DNA from: Octopus bimaculoides
Lineage: Eukaryota
Assembly (NCBI RefSeq): GCF_001194135.2
Contig: NC_068985.1
Coordinates: 25,745,772 to 25,809,771 of the forward strand
Direction of reading: 5' to 3'
DNA length: 64,000 nt
Shown in pieces: positions 46,275-59,094 of this stretch. The notes beneath the pieces are model-generated. The model saw only the letters and a program-made list of their open reading frames with translations, had not been told where the DNA came from and ran no database searches. Every line of letters begins with the position of its first letter. Within the stretch, counting starts at the first letter, position 1. A program made the translations under genes and the position numbers.

Positions 46275-49200
46275 CAGCTCTTGAATGTACGTGGCTTGGG
46301 CTCGAAGCGGAAGCAGGCTTGTTTCCTCGACGACCTCAGGTCACACAGAATTGATGTTATGGTTGCTACAGAGACCAAGTTGGACAAGCTGCAGTCGTTC
46401 TTAACTCTCCTGAATGGCTATGAGAAAATCATGTCTCCTAGTCGGATAGGGGAGAAAGGAGATGTAGTTTTGCTCCGGAAAAATTTGGCCCTGCAGACAC
46501 GTACGATCTTCGTGGACCCAGAAGGCGAGTCGGTCGTTCTGGATCTAACATTCAGAGATAAAGCCTTCAAGTTGGTTGGCATTTACGCGCCTGGTACGAC
46601 AGGCAAACGGAATGAGTTTTATCAACGCCTGAAGAACTTCCTGGTGACGTCAAAACACGAGTTTTGCTCGGAGACTTTAACGCTATTTTGGGTGGACGCC
46701 AGGATAGCGTAGGCTCGAACGATAGGAAATGTAACTCACGCCTCGTAGATCTGCTGAAGCGATCTAGGCTGCCAGATCGATACAGACTTGATAATCCGAG
46801 CAATGTGGACTTAGAGTAATAACGACGAATCAATCAGGTCTTATATAGACAGGATAATAGTTAACGCTAGAGATGAGTCTAGTTTTAGCTGTCCAGAGTT
46901 CACCTGTGTACCCTACACGGATCACATATTAGTGACGTATAGGATGCATATAGATAAGGTCCATAGACAGGGATCTGGCTATTGGAAGTTGAACAAGTCC
47001 CTTTTGGATTGCGAAACTTACCGTAGCCAGATTAAGGTGTTAGTTATGAGGGCACTAACCGGCACCGTGTTAAATAACCGGTGGTGGTGTGCCCTCAAAA
47101 GAGCAATTCGACTTGAATCTATTAGATTTAGGAAGTAGTTAAGTCTAGAACAGGCTAGAGTAGAAAGGGATCTAGTTAAGGCGTTAGAAGAGGCGCTGAG
47201 AATGGGCACTGCACTCCAAGTTTTGGCGGCGAGATCGGCCTTGGACCGACACCTCAATGCCAAACACGAAGGATNNNNNNNNNNNNNNNNNNNNNNNNNN
47301 NNNNNNNNNNNNNNNNNNNNNNNNNNNNNNNNNNNNNNNNNNNNNNNNNNNNNNNNNNNNNNNNNNNNNNNNNNNNNNNNNNNNNNNNNNNNNNNNNNNN
47401 NNNNNNNNNNNNNNNNNNNNNNNNNNNNNNNNNNNNNNNNNNNNNNNNNNNNNNNNNNNNNNNNNNNNNNNNNNNNNNNNNNNNNNNNNNNNNTGGGGAT
47501 GCCCAACGGAATTTCCTGGCTGGTGGCCTGCGTCTCTCGGCACATGACGCTGAGCGCTGTGAAGGGCCGATCAGGGCTGAGGAAGTCATAGAGGTGCTTT
47601 CCGAGTGCTCCGGGGACAAGTCGCCGGAATTGGATGGTCTACCTTACGAATTTTATAAAAGTATGCCAGACTTGTTCGGGAACATACTGGCCGGTGTATA
47701 CGCGAATTTGCAGCAGAATGGGAGAATTCCCAAACCTGTGAGACGAGGAGTGGTGATACTGATCGGGAAAGACCCGAGCAAGGGGGATAACATTAATAAT
47801 TTTTGGCCAATAACTCTGCTAAACACAGAGTTAAAGATTTTGGCCAAGGTGTTAGCCAAGAGAGTGAGGATCGTCGTAGGCGACCCGGTGGGAAAGGCGC
47901 AGACATGTGCCATGCCAGGAAGGACGATACTTGACAAATTTCACCTCATTCGTGACACCATAGAGAGGGTTAGTAAAGTTCCTGGCAAGGGTGGGGCGCT
48001 GGTGAAATTGGACCAGTCTAAGGCATTCGATAGGGTTGACCATCGGTATCTGGCGGCGGTCCTCCGGGTGGTCGGACTGGGCCCGACTTGCTGTGGATGG
48101 ATCGAAGACTTGTATTGCAGCATCGAATCAGTTGCCCGGATGAACAGGTTCTTCTCGAGCCCGTTCGCGATCGAGCGTTTAGTTCGCTAGGCTGCCCCCT
48201 GTCCCTGCTCCTGTATGTATTGGCTCTTGAGCCACTGCTGCGGAGATTGGGGACTATGGGGGGAGACCTGCGTGATCTATGTTACGGTTAAAGTTCGACG
48301 ACATATACAGATGATGTTACCATCATCGTGTCTGATGAAGGGCAGCTATCTCGTGTAGAAGACGCCATCAAAGGATACGAAGCGGTGGCAGGGGAAAAAT
48401 TAATCAGCGTAAATCAGTCGGCTTGCAACTCGGCACCTGGCGTGGCAAGTCGATGCCTCCCAACAGTGTCGTCGGACGCTGGACGGAGGGCCCGGTTAAA
48501 TTGTTCGGAATCTGGTTTGGACCAAATCTCCAGGTGGTGAAAAACTGGAGCAAGGTGACGAGCAAGGTGACGGCCATAACCCAGACCTGGTCTGGGAGGA
48601 CGTTATCCTTGCTAGGGAGGGCCGAGGTTGCACAAGTGTTTATAGCATCTGTGATAACCTGCCGCCTAACCGTCGTGTCTTGCCCCGGTTTGTGACTGAC
48701 CAAGTTGGAACGAATCCTCTTTCGCTTTTATTTTTGGACAGGGAAAACACCATTTGTGAGGCGATCCATCTACTGCCAGAAACCGTTAAAGGGTGGGCTA
48801 GGGATTTCTTGGTTACTGAGGCTGAGACATCTCTGGCGCTACCTAGATGGTGAGCAGGTGTGGTCACCGCATGTCATAACCGACGTCTCTGCGTTCCATA
48901 ATTGACGTCCCTGCGGGACGTAGGCACATGGATCAAGCGGAGACCTAGAATGGGAGAATGGCAGAAGGAGTGCAGACAAGCACTCACTCTGTTCTCCTGG
49001 GCAAGCAATGCCGGCAGCGAGGCCACCACTGCGGATTTTTTTAGAGGTTGGTAGACTATGAGTCCTCCTAGGGGAGGCTCAACGCTTCGATGAGGAACAA
49101 CTAACCAGCCTGTTCGGAGGGTTGTGCTATCGATCGGCCTTGCCGGTTCGAGAGAGGTTGTAGAGACACAGGTTTGACACTTGCCCCATATGCCCGAGGT

Positions 49201-49802
49201 GTGGGCTCGTCAGTGAAACTGTCGCGCACGTCTTCGTACATTGTGAGGAGCTGAGCGAATTGATAACCTATGTCGAACAACTGATGTCGGATGCAGTAAG
49301 AGTACGGCTCTCGACTGAGTCCATGATTAAGAAGGAAAGGAAGGCATCTTTTTTCTGCGTAGTAGCCATACTGAAAAAATACAGTATGGGTGACACGTGC
49401 AAAAGGAATTGAGACAGGCCACTTTATCTCCAGACACGGGTTGGTGAGTTACTTCAACTTCCACCTGTTAAGAAAGATCCGTCTGGAGAAAAGGTGCCTG
49501 CCTTATAGTGTGTTCGAAAAAATATGGATAACTGTTGTAAGGAAGCTGAGAGTGAATGGGGCCGTGCCAGTGTAGCCGGTCAAGGCGAAAAGGAAGGAAA
49601 AAAGAACGAAAAATAAAGAAATAAAGGAAAAAACCGGCGGGTTAAACAAAAATCCAAGAACTATATTTTTACTCGCATTTCCACTTCCCGATTTAATGTT
49701 CGATTTATCATCTCGATTTATTCAAATTTATCATGATTGTAACCCCAGCCCTGTGTAAGACTGTCCTTGCTTTGTCCCCGCTTCAATTCTGTATAAACAA
49801 AT
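46275..49802 (+). mobile_element. Tx1/L1-clade LINE ORF2 (APE endonuclease + reverse transcriptase), 5'-truncated pseudogene
   Basis: LNVRGL..ETK..IYAP endonuclease motifs; RT motifs KSPELDGLP.EFY, NFWPITLLNTELKILAK, LDQSKAFDRVDH, GCPLSLLLYVLALEPL, YTDDV; C-terminal CPRC..ETVAHVF. Many stops and frameshifts. TSD TCAGAAGCAAGA at 46263-46274 and 49803-49814. Confidence 0.9.
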
Positions 49803-50183
49803 TCAGAAGCAAGAAAGTTGCGGCATAACCCACGTTTTTCTATCTCATCTTTTGAAAATCAGTGTAAACTGTGAAACCAGTTAAATCTTTAAATATAATG
49901 AAATATTTTTAACTATTCTCAGGGTATTTTCAACTTTTATTTCTTCTTTATTTCCACCCGTGTGGAATAAAATAACTCAATCCAGACTGACTTGCGGATG
50001 ATCAACAACAACAACAACAACTAGTGCATTTGTTATCAACTGGAGAAAAAGAAAAGCCAAGTTATTACAAAGAAGATCTGGAACTCGAGTCATAAAGCAA
50101 TGTAACTAAAAGTTGCAACTGCACTCTTCGCACCCTGTAATTTCTTCCGCTCCACTGCCCAAAGTCAAATATTATTTTCTTAG

Positions 50184-50284
50184 GCGCAAGATCAACAAGT
50201 TTATAGGAGACTTGAAAAGACTGATATCTGTGTTTAAATTTCCAAAGGCACTACCTAAACGTTATATGGGCAACATAAATTCAG
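50184..50284 (+). CDS. Candidate internal coding exon of an unidentified gene
   Basis: Acceptor TATTATTTTCTTAG| and donor CAG|GTATTT; only one frame is open (RKINKFIGDLKRLISVFKFPKALPKRYMGNINS). No homology recognised. Confidence 0.3.
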
Positions 50285-51240
50285 GTATTTTATTTTATGA
50301 GAAAAAATACTTTTGTTAAGATATTTCTCCCATTTTGTTTTGAATTTATTCATGACTTCTTTTATTCTTTTCTTTTGTTATTATCAAATTGGAATGAGGT
50401 GGAGGTAACTAAATATCTTTCCTTTAGAAATTCATACGAACGAAAAAGTTGCCAGACCAGATTCTACCAGAGAATTTGAATTTATTTTTAGAAATTATTT
50501 GACTTGAAAAGTATGTTCTAGAAAAAGGAATACATTCGCAAAATAAATAATGAAATAAATATATCAGCATTTTATGGAAGTTTAGAACTGAAATATTACA
50601 TGTCTTTTATTTATACTTTTAAATGATTTGTTGTCAGAGATGAAGGAACGTTGGCCTCCCTTATAGCATTTTCTTTTATTCATTGACTAATTTCAGTCAT
50701 TAGACTGCAGTCAAGATAGAACACCACCTTCAGTGGTTGTCGTTTACATCGAGTCTTGTGATATTTTATTTACCTGGGAAGGAGATGAAATAAAACGACC
50801 TGGGCAGAATATAAATGTATGTGACCTAATAACATAAAGTAGCTTGTTTGACGATTTACTGGTACATATCGAACTTCTTGATTTGTGACATTAATTTCCC
50901 GAGAATTCATGTACTGACAGCATTTGGTAAAACACAATGGACCTTTTAGATTCAAGTAGAAGCTATAATTGAGAAATCTATTTTTTACACGATAACAATA
51001 ACGGAGTAAGCGACAAGATTCCAAGTCCTGATTTAAAATATATCACTTTTTTTATTGCCGCTATTAACGACCATGATTGACATATGCCTATAATTTTTAA
51101 ACCCGCGAGGACATATTAGCGAATGCTATTTCGTTTGACTACACCTTTAGAAGACGCAAAAGCGGGTGGACACTCGGATTTGTGTTTAAAGCTGAAATAA
51201 CTCAAAACCACGTGGCCGCCTGTTTTTGCATCTTTTAGGG

Positions 51241-51423
51241 CAGTGTTTTTCAAACTTTTTTGTCATGACCCTAATTATTTATCTCGCGACCCACTGAAGG
51301 GTCGGGACTCACAATTTGAAAAACACTGGTTCTGCACTTTGCACCACTTGCGTTCTCTTTGCGTTCCTTCTGTTTTTTCGCGAACCACTGAAGAGTCGAG
51401 ACCCACAGTTTGTAAAACGCTGT
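51241..51423. mobile_element. hAT (Charlie-like) MITE with duplicated 3' end
   Basis: TIR CAGTGTTTTTCAAA / TTTGAAAAACACTG (51241-51328); a second copy of the 3' subterminal motif at about 51380-51423. Confidence 0.65.
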
Positions 51424-51864
51424 TCTAGGGATGTAGTCAAACAAAATCGCGTACGATAAAGCATATTCGACGGTTGAGAGAGTAAAACGAAAAATGTATT
51501 TGTCTATATTCAGTAACTATATTAAAATTCATTTCCGATCCTGTACGTTTAACTTCAAATTTTAGCTGGGTAAATACCGCCTCTCATTACTCCTGAGTCA
51601 AAAAAAAATAATACCAAAGTTATTCTGGAGTTTAACATTACCAGTTTCATACTTTGTAAGGTGTTGCAACAGTCAGTTAAAAAAAAACAACATGTAAATA
51701 TGGTTTAAAAATTGAAACACATCTGCCTGACATTCAATAGTTTAATGGACATATTTTTGTTTGGAGGGGATGGGATCAAATACAGGCGAGGTTGACTTTG
51801 CTTTTCGTAAGTCTCGAGTCATTAAATTACTAGGATGGTGGAGTTATATAAAACACACACACAC

Positions 51865-51895
<31 letters not shown>

Positions 51896-51954
51896 ACCGT
51901 TGACTGAACACTATTCAATTTTTTTTCTCCGTGTTTTTCTCTTTGTCTCCGTAT

Positions 51955-51991
51955 TCTTTCTGTTGAAGAGCGTAGCTCGAAACGTCAAAGA
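51955..51991 (+). ncRNA. Minimal type I hammerhead-ribozyme-like motif (variant core) in a dispersed repeat
   Basis: TCTTT-CTGTTGA-A-GAGC-GTA-GCTC-GAAA-CGT-C-AAAGA: stems I and II pair perfectly, GUC triplet, core CUGUUGA instead of CUGANGA. Confidence 0.6.
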
Positions 51992-52549
51992 CTTTCCGTA
52001 TTCCCGAGCGTCATGCTAATATATACTTTTGTTATTTACACCACCTGTCCTCGTCTGTTGTTATTATTTGTATATTCTCCCATATATATATATATATTGG
52101 GTATGGTAGATGAGTTCAGCAAAAATTTAGATTCAGATGAATATGGTACTTAAGTTGAGGCACCAAAATTTAGTNNNNNNNNNNNNNNNNNNNNNNNNNN
52201 NNNNNNNNNNNNNNNNNNNNNNNNNNNNNNNNNNNNNNNNNNNNNNNNNNNNNNNNNNNNNNNNNNNNNNNNNNNNNNNNNNNNNNNNNNNNNNNNNNNN
52301 NNNNNNNNNNNNNNNNNNNNNNNNNNNNNNNNNNNNAAAGACATAGAATTTAATTAGATTAGAACAGATGGACACATTAGCATAATTATACCTAAAATCT
52401 CCAAGAAGTTAAGGAGATAGGCAAAGAACATGTTGTCTACCTCCTTAACTTCTTGGAGATTTTAGGTATAATTATACTAATGTATAGGCGCAAGAGTGGC
52501 TGTGTGTTAAGTAGCTTGCTTACCAACCACATGGTTCCCGGTTCAGTCC

Positions 52550-53160
52550 TCAGCCCGCCTATATATTGCATCCAACTCCTGTTGCAGATGTGCAATATTT
52601 CCAAGATTTTGTATTGTTTGAGAGACTTTTGTGTCATCTGCATAGCTAGCAAGGGTGGTTGTCTGCGCAGCTGAGGGCATGTCTGAGGGGACCACTATGA
52701 ATAGCAGTGGCCCTAAGACAATGCCATGTGGAACACCACTTGTTATTTGTGTTTCCTTGGAGGTGGCTCTGTTGGCCATCACTGCCTGACGTCTTTCCTT
52801 TAGAAAGTCGTGCAGCCACTCTCCAAGTTTTCCGCCTAAGACGAGATCGTGCAGTTTATGACATATCATACCATGGTCGACTTTATCAAAGCCTTGTGCA
52901 AGGCCGAGAGATATCACATCCACGTTTGAGTCATTTAGCAGCTGTTTTAACACCCAGTCATAGTGTTACAAGAACTGTGTGAGACAGCTTCTACCTGGTC
53001 GAAATCCATGGTGGGTGTCAGTCTGCAAGTCATTTTCTTCAATGAACGCGATTAGTTTCTTGCAGACAATTTGTTCCATGACTTTGCTGATGTGTGAGGT
53101 CAGGGAGATGAAAACCATTTTGAAATTATTAAACATGACAATTTGTCCGCCTCTTTTCAG
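52550..53160 (-). mobile_element. CR1/L2-group LINE reverse transcriptase fragment
   Basis: SLTSHISKVMEQIV, HGFRPGRSCLTQ, FDKVDHG, SGVPHGIVLGPLLF, YADDTK. Confidence 0.85.
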
Positions 53161-53994
53161 TTCTTACAGCGTGTACGATTTATATCGGTTTGTTCGATTA
53201 AAAACCGTCATGGCCGTGCACCAGCATGGCCGCAGTCCGATATCTGAAGCAAGTAAAAGATAAAAAATACAATTAGAATTATTGCATAGTTGAAAAAAGA
53301 AAACAAAATTTGGTTACCAAACTAATCCGCCATTCCTTCCAACACTATAATTATACAAACAGACCTGTAAAAATAACTTTTCTTATAAGCTTCTCTTACG
53401 AAGATATTTCCTCTTTATTTATTGATTTAACATTTTACTCACTTTAGAAAATATCTTCGCATTCATTTTTAATTATTCATTTTACAGTTATTCATTTACG
53501 CATTCATTTTTTTTTTTTACCTGCAAACATGGAAAAACTCTCCTGTTTCTTCCCACACGAATTCTTACAGTCATATCACCGTTTATTCATAAGTTCACAG
53601 ATTTCTTATATTTATTCATTCTATTATCTATCTCCCTAGCCCTTTCCGTTCAAATCTCTAAATCTTTAATCCCTACGAATTCTTGTATTTATATTTTCAC
53701 ACCTCAATCCATTTATCTAGCGAATCATTATTTTGTACACTTAATTAACTAATCTAAAATTTATTTATCTATTTATTTATCTATATTAATTTATTTATTA
53801 ATCAGTTCCCTCGCAATTTTACTTTATTTTGTTCACATATACTCTCTCGCATACCTATAAACAGTTTCTTTTTATCCAGTGGCTCCAATATTCATTCATG
53901 TTATCATTTTCTCTACAATACACATTTCCACATGGCAATGATCGGTCAACATGCATGATAATTATCTCTATCACTGTTTACATTTTTTTTCCGC

Positions 53995-54331
53995 CCTTTT
54001 AAAGCCTAGCCAGACTCATGGGCCCGATTTCCCGGTTNNNNNNNNNNNNNNNNNNNNNNNNNNNNNNNNNNNNNNNNNNNNNNNNNNNNNNNNNNNNNNN
54101 NNNNNNNNACAGCTGGACGGGACGCCAGTCCATCGCAGCGTTACTCAAGAAACAGGCAGAAAGTTGGGGCGAAAGAGTACAACAGGGGTCGCCACCACTC
54201 CCTGCCGGAGCCTCGTGGAACTTTAGGTGTTTTTGCTCAATAAACACACACACAACGCCCGGTCTGGGAATCGAAACCGCGATCTTCCGACCGCGAGTCC
54301 GCTGCCCTAACCACTGGGCCATTGCGCCTCC
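53995..54331 (-). mobile_element. SINE with family A head/body and a CTGCGATGGACTGGCGTCCCGTCCAG-type 3' part
   Basis: Family A head at 54200-54331; the 3' part is homologous to 11135-11250. Contains an internal N gap. Confidence 0.7.
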
Positions 54332-55943
54332 ACCTATCACTGTTTAACTAACCAAAATTTCTTATACTGCATCACAATTTGAAAACCTATCCTACCATTA
54401 ATTCTGCACCACTTTCCCCAACACCCTGCCAACATAAATCCTGAAAATTTTCCGCTCTTCTTGACAAATTCTGTTGCTTTATAACCGGTGTATCAAAAGT
54501 GGTTATGGGTATTCGACTCATGATCGTAAGCTAATGAGTTCGATTACCGGCGGAACGTTGTGTCTTTGAGCAGTACCTCTATTTCAAAGATCCAGCTTTG
54601 TCACATTCTGTATCACGCTGAGTCTCCCTGAGAACTACCTTAAGAGTACGCGTGTCTGTGGAGTGCTCAGCGCGTTAATTTCACGAGCAGGCTTTTTGAA
54701 TCAACTGGAACCTTCGTCGTCGTAGCCGACAGAGAGCCAGTATTAATTAAGTATAGATTATATCTACAGATTTCAGCTAACACTCTATGTAATTAACACA
54801 TGCAAAATTGTATCTTTCCAATAGATCTGCGGACATAAAGAGAGAAATTAGCAATAGAGGGTTGGGACTACACCAGTGGCCGAGTAACTTCAGTTATTGC
54901 CCACGAAAACAATACTTTTTGCTATTGCTGCACTATTACTAAGATTTCAAATCACTGGTTCTCAATTTTTTTTTTCGTCCTCATGCACTAGAGATCAAAT
55001 TATAATAATAAAAAAAAGATTAACATCTTGCACTGCGTATTCAAAGTATTTTTTAAAACCTGATCTTCATATATGTATGTGTACATATGTGTGTGTGTGT
55101 GTGTGTGTGCGTGTGTGTGTGCGTGTGCGTGTGTGTGTCTGTCTGTTTGTCTGTCTGTCTGTATATATGTATATATGCATTTATGTATGCGCATACTCAC
55201 ATGTACATACATACGTCTCATTAGTATTCTACATTCTACGCTGAGTCAGAACAAATATATGTGTACGATTGTGTGAAAGTATACACACAGTCTTTGACTG
55301 TATGAAGGAGAGACAAACGCAATGGGCAGCGACAGGAAAAGAAATCTGTTCTTATGTAGGTGTGTTTGAGAAATGAATAGACATGAACAAGAATGAAGTT
55401 ACTACATCTGTTTTTATGTCAAGAATGATACAATTGTCAAGTCATATTTTTATGTATTTTGTTCTTTTTTGGAATGCTTTTTGGCCTTTGACAGTGCGTT
55501 TTTGTGCGTTTATGAAAGAGAGGGGAAGAGTATTAGAGACAAAAAAAACAATACTTTGACTTGGGTGTGAGCTTATATTTTATATAATACAGAATAAAGA
55601 CATATAGCAAAGTTTAAAAGTAGCAAGAATCTTTTGTACCTTTTCTAGCTTGTATTTTCTTTGGTGCGTAAATCTAAATGTAAGGTTATTCAGGTCTAAC
55701 TTATACTTACCTACACAATCAACCCAAATGCTTTTGCTTACTTCCTTACAAATATTCCTTCTAACTTATTTTAGATATTTTTAGGAGAATACCTTCTTAA
55801 CGTTTCTTAGCGTTTTGATTTTTTTCGACAACAAGCTCCAGTTTTAAACATATTAGCAAAAATACCGTTGATTTTCTGCTAGTTTATATATATATATATA
55901 TGTTTATATATATAATATATACATATTTATTTATATTAAAGGC

Positions 55944-55986
<43 letters not shown>

Positions 55987-56217
55987 NNNNNNNNNNNNNN
56001 NNNNNNNNNNNNNNNNNNNNNNNNNNNNNNNNNNNNNNNNNNNNNNNNNNNNNNNNNNNNNNNNNNNNNNNNNNNNNNNNNNNNNNNNNNNNNNNNNNNN
56101 NNNNNNNNNNNNNNNNNNNNNNNNNNNNNNNNNNNNNNNNNNNNNNNNNNNNNNNNNNNNNNNNNNNNNNNNNNNNNNNNNNNNNNNNNNNNNNNNNNNN
56201 NNNNNNNNNNNNNNNNN

Positions 56218-56264
<47 letters not shown>

Positions 56265-56746
56265 CATACATACATACATACATACATACATACATACATA
56301 CTGGTGGGGACAAATTGGTAGCTGAGGTGCAAAATGAGTAATTTCTGTTTTCTCGTTATTTTCTCCCTACCTATTTAAAACCATTACATTGCAAATATTG
56401 CATCGTCATTTTTTACTGTTACATCATCTTTGGCAGTAACAAATTGATCACCACAGCTGTTGTTGATAGACTTTGAAACATAGTTATGTGAAGGTACTTA
56501 TTTTTCGAGGAATTTTTCCTCAACTTTGACCCGATTGCAATTGAAGCTGTTAATAAAATATCTGGATAATTGTTGGTGCTTAACAATGAATATTTCTTTT
56601 TTTTTTTGTTGTTAGATTCTAAGTCAATTTTTTCCCTATACTAACGTCTAATTTGACCATTTTCGATTTTCAAACAAAATGTCTAAAATGGGGCAAAATG
56701 AGAAATGAATAATTGCAATTCCTTCCCATTGACTGCATAGTGCGAT

Positions 56747-57161
56747 TACCGTAAATCCTCGAGTATAATCCGCACTTTTTTCCCAAAATTTAAAGGTCAA
56801 AATTTCTAGTGCGTACTATATACGAGGTTAAAAATGAAAAATATTTTCTAAGCAAAATTTTCTAATTGATAAATATGTAAAGGCAATTTACTTAATATTT
56901 ATTTTTCACTAACGTTATTACTGTTATTTCTTTATTCTCTGCAAACAAAGTGCACAAAAAACCACATGTTTTCATTATGTTATATATACAATAATAATAA
57001 AGAACGTTACCGTATATACGTTTACAAACCAAGGACGTTATATAGACCTCCTTGACTCAAGTTAGAGAAGGGGTGCGTATTATACACAAGGTTTAGGTTT
57101 TTCAGAGGTACAGCCCCCTAAAAATCCCCTGCATATTATATTCACTCGAGGATTTACGGTA
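56747..57161. mobile_element. Tc2/pogo-type MITE
   Basis: TIRs TA-CCGTAAATCCTCGAGT / ACTCGAGGATTTACGG-TA. Confidence 0.8.
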
Positions 57162-57621
57162 TGTATCGGAAAGGGTGCCACTCCAGCAGATTGTGAAGGA
57201 GCTATAGATATGATGAGTTTTTAGATTTAGTCGAATTTTGTTAATTTCATATCTTGTGCTATTTTTCTGTGATTCTCTTTCATTTGACCTAAATATTTAA
57301 AACTTTTGTTTAATTTCTGATATTTCTGATGTCTAAGGATAGATATTGATGTCTATAAGTCTTTTTTCTAACGTAATTCTGGAGAACTGAAGAGGCAAAT
57401 TTGCCTTATTTTATCTTACTCATTTTGCCCCAGCTGAACTTATATTCTCTAAGGGAACAGAGATAATTTTCTAAAATAGTGTTCCAAATATGTTGTAGTG
57501 TTTTTAATGCATTTAGAGAAGGTCGTATGCTTAGCTAAGGTAGTGAACATATATAAAAATTTATTTTCTCAGTGAAAAACACAGTATATATTCCTCATTC
57601 TGCACACACACGCCCTATATA

Positions 57622-58281
57622 TACGTGGGGAAGTCAAAAATTATCCGCACTTTTGCCATTATATATCTTTATTATCGTCACACTGACTTCTGCGCATTTG
57701 GTACTATTGTGGTCACGTGATCGAAATTTAAGCTTGATCGCGCCATTTTTCTTTCTGGCTTTACAGTGTAAGCATGGCCGCTCCACTAGAAATGTGCACT
57801 AAAGAAGAACAAAGAGCAGTAATCCGATTTCTCTGGTCGAAAGGTGAGTCAGGTGCTGAAATACATCGGTGGCTTTTAGCACAATACGGAAACAGTGCAC
57901 TACTGCATAGAAGTCTGTATGAGTGAATCGGGAGGTTTAAAAGTGGTTGGACAAGCATGACGCACGAAGAGGGAGCAGGACGCCCGTTAAATTCCACCAC
58001 CGACAAGAAGATTTAGCGAGATGAACAGGTTCACCATTACCATCTTTCGGATCATTGTTCTTTGTTCTTCTTTGGTGCTCATTGCTAGTGGAACGACCAT
58101 GTTTACACTGTAAAGCCAGAAAGAAAAATGGCGCGATCAGGCTCAAATTTCGATCATGTAACCACAATAGTACCAAATGCGCAGAAGTTAGTGTGACCAC
58201 AATAGTATCAACTATAAACACGCATGCGCAGAAGGGAGTGACAATAATGAAAATATGTTATGGCAAAAGTACGAATAACTT
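57622..58281 (+). mobile_element. mariner 5' end plus inverted copy (foldback element)
   Basis: Starts TACGTGGGGAAGTCAAAAATTATCCG. The ORF from 57774, MAAPLEMCTKEEQRAVIRFLWSKG..AEIHR..YE*I.RFKSG..GRP, is a mariner HTH. 58041-58281 is the reverse complement of about 57638-57850. Confidence 0.85.
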
Positions 58282-59094
58282 ATATANNNNNNNNNNNNNN
58301 NNNNNNNNNNNNNNNNNNNNNNNNNNNNNNNNNNNNNNNNNNNNNNNNNNNNNNNNNNNNNNNNNNNNNNNNNNNNNNNNNNNNNNNNNNNNNNNNNNNN
58401 NNNNNNNNNNNNNNNNNNNNNNNNNNNATATATATATATATATATAAGTGCTACTTTAGCGTGCAGTGTACTACTGTATCCGTAATCTACGTTGTAATAT
58501 TGCATGATTTCGAATAGAGTTATGGTTTTACAACACAATAAAGTGTAAATGACCATGTAAATCGCATGCTAAAGTGGCATCTACATGTGTGTGTGCGCGT
58601 GTTCAATACAAATACCAGCTTGATATCTGGTGTGAATATTTCGCCGGTCCATTACAAACACCAGCTGGGTGCCTGGCGCGAATAAGACTACCGCTAGCTT
58701 CAACATGAAAAAGGTTCCAAAGAATAACCATACCACATCGTCCGTCACGCATGTTAACATAGGGTGCGTTCAGATCTTAAGTAGAGGGATCCGTTCGAAA
58801 AATATATTGCAGCTTCCACGCAATGCCGGGAAAATCAGCAATAAGCCTTCAGCTTGTTCTGAGAGGCGTGGGTGAAAGCACAAAGGATGCGTGTCCCAGG
58901 GCCCCTAAAAGTGCCCAGGAGGAAACTACCATTGGTGATTGGAAATTGGAATTTTACAAGTTGTAAATAACAGGAATTAGTGGAGTAGGACGAACGCTAC
59001 CGGCTTAGGTGTCTCCTCTGCAATGTTCCGTGGCTCCGGTACCCTAGATTTGAGTGAAGGGTAGAAACTCCACTATTCAGGTGTAGTGCCAAGT

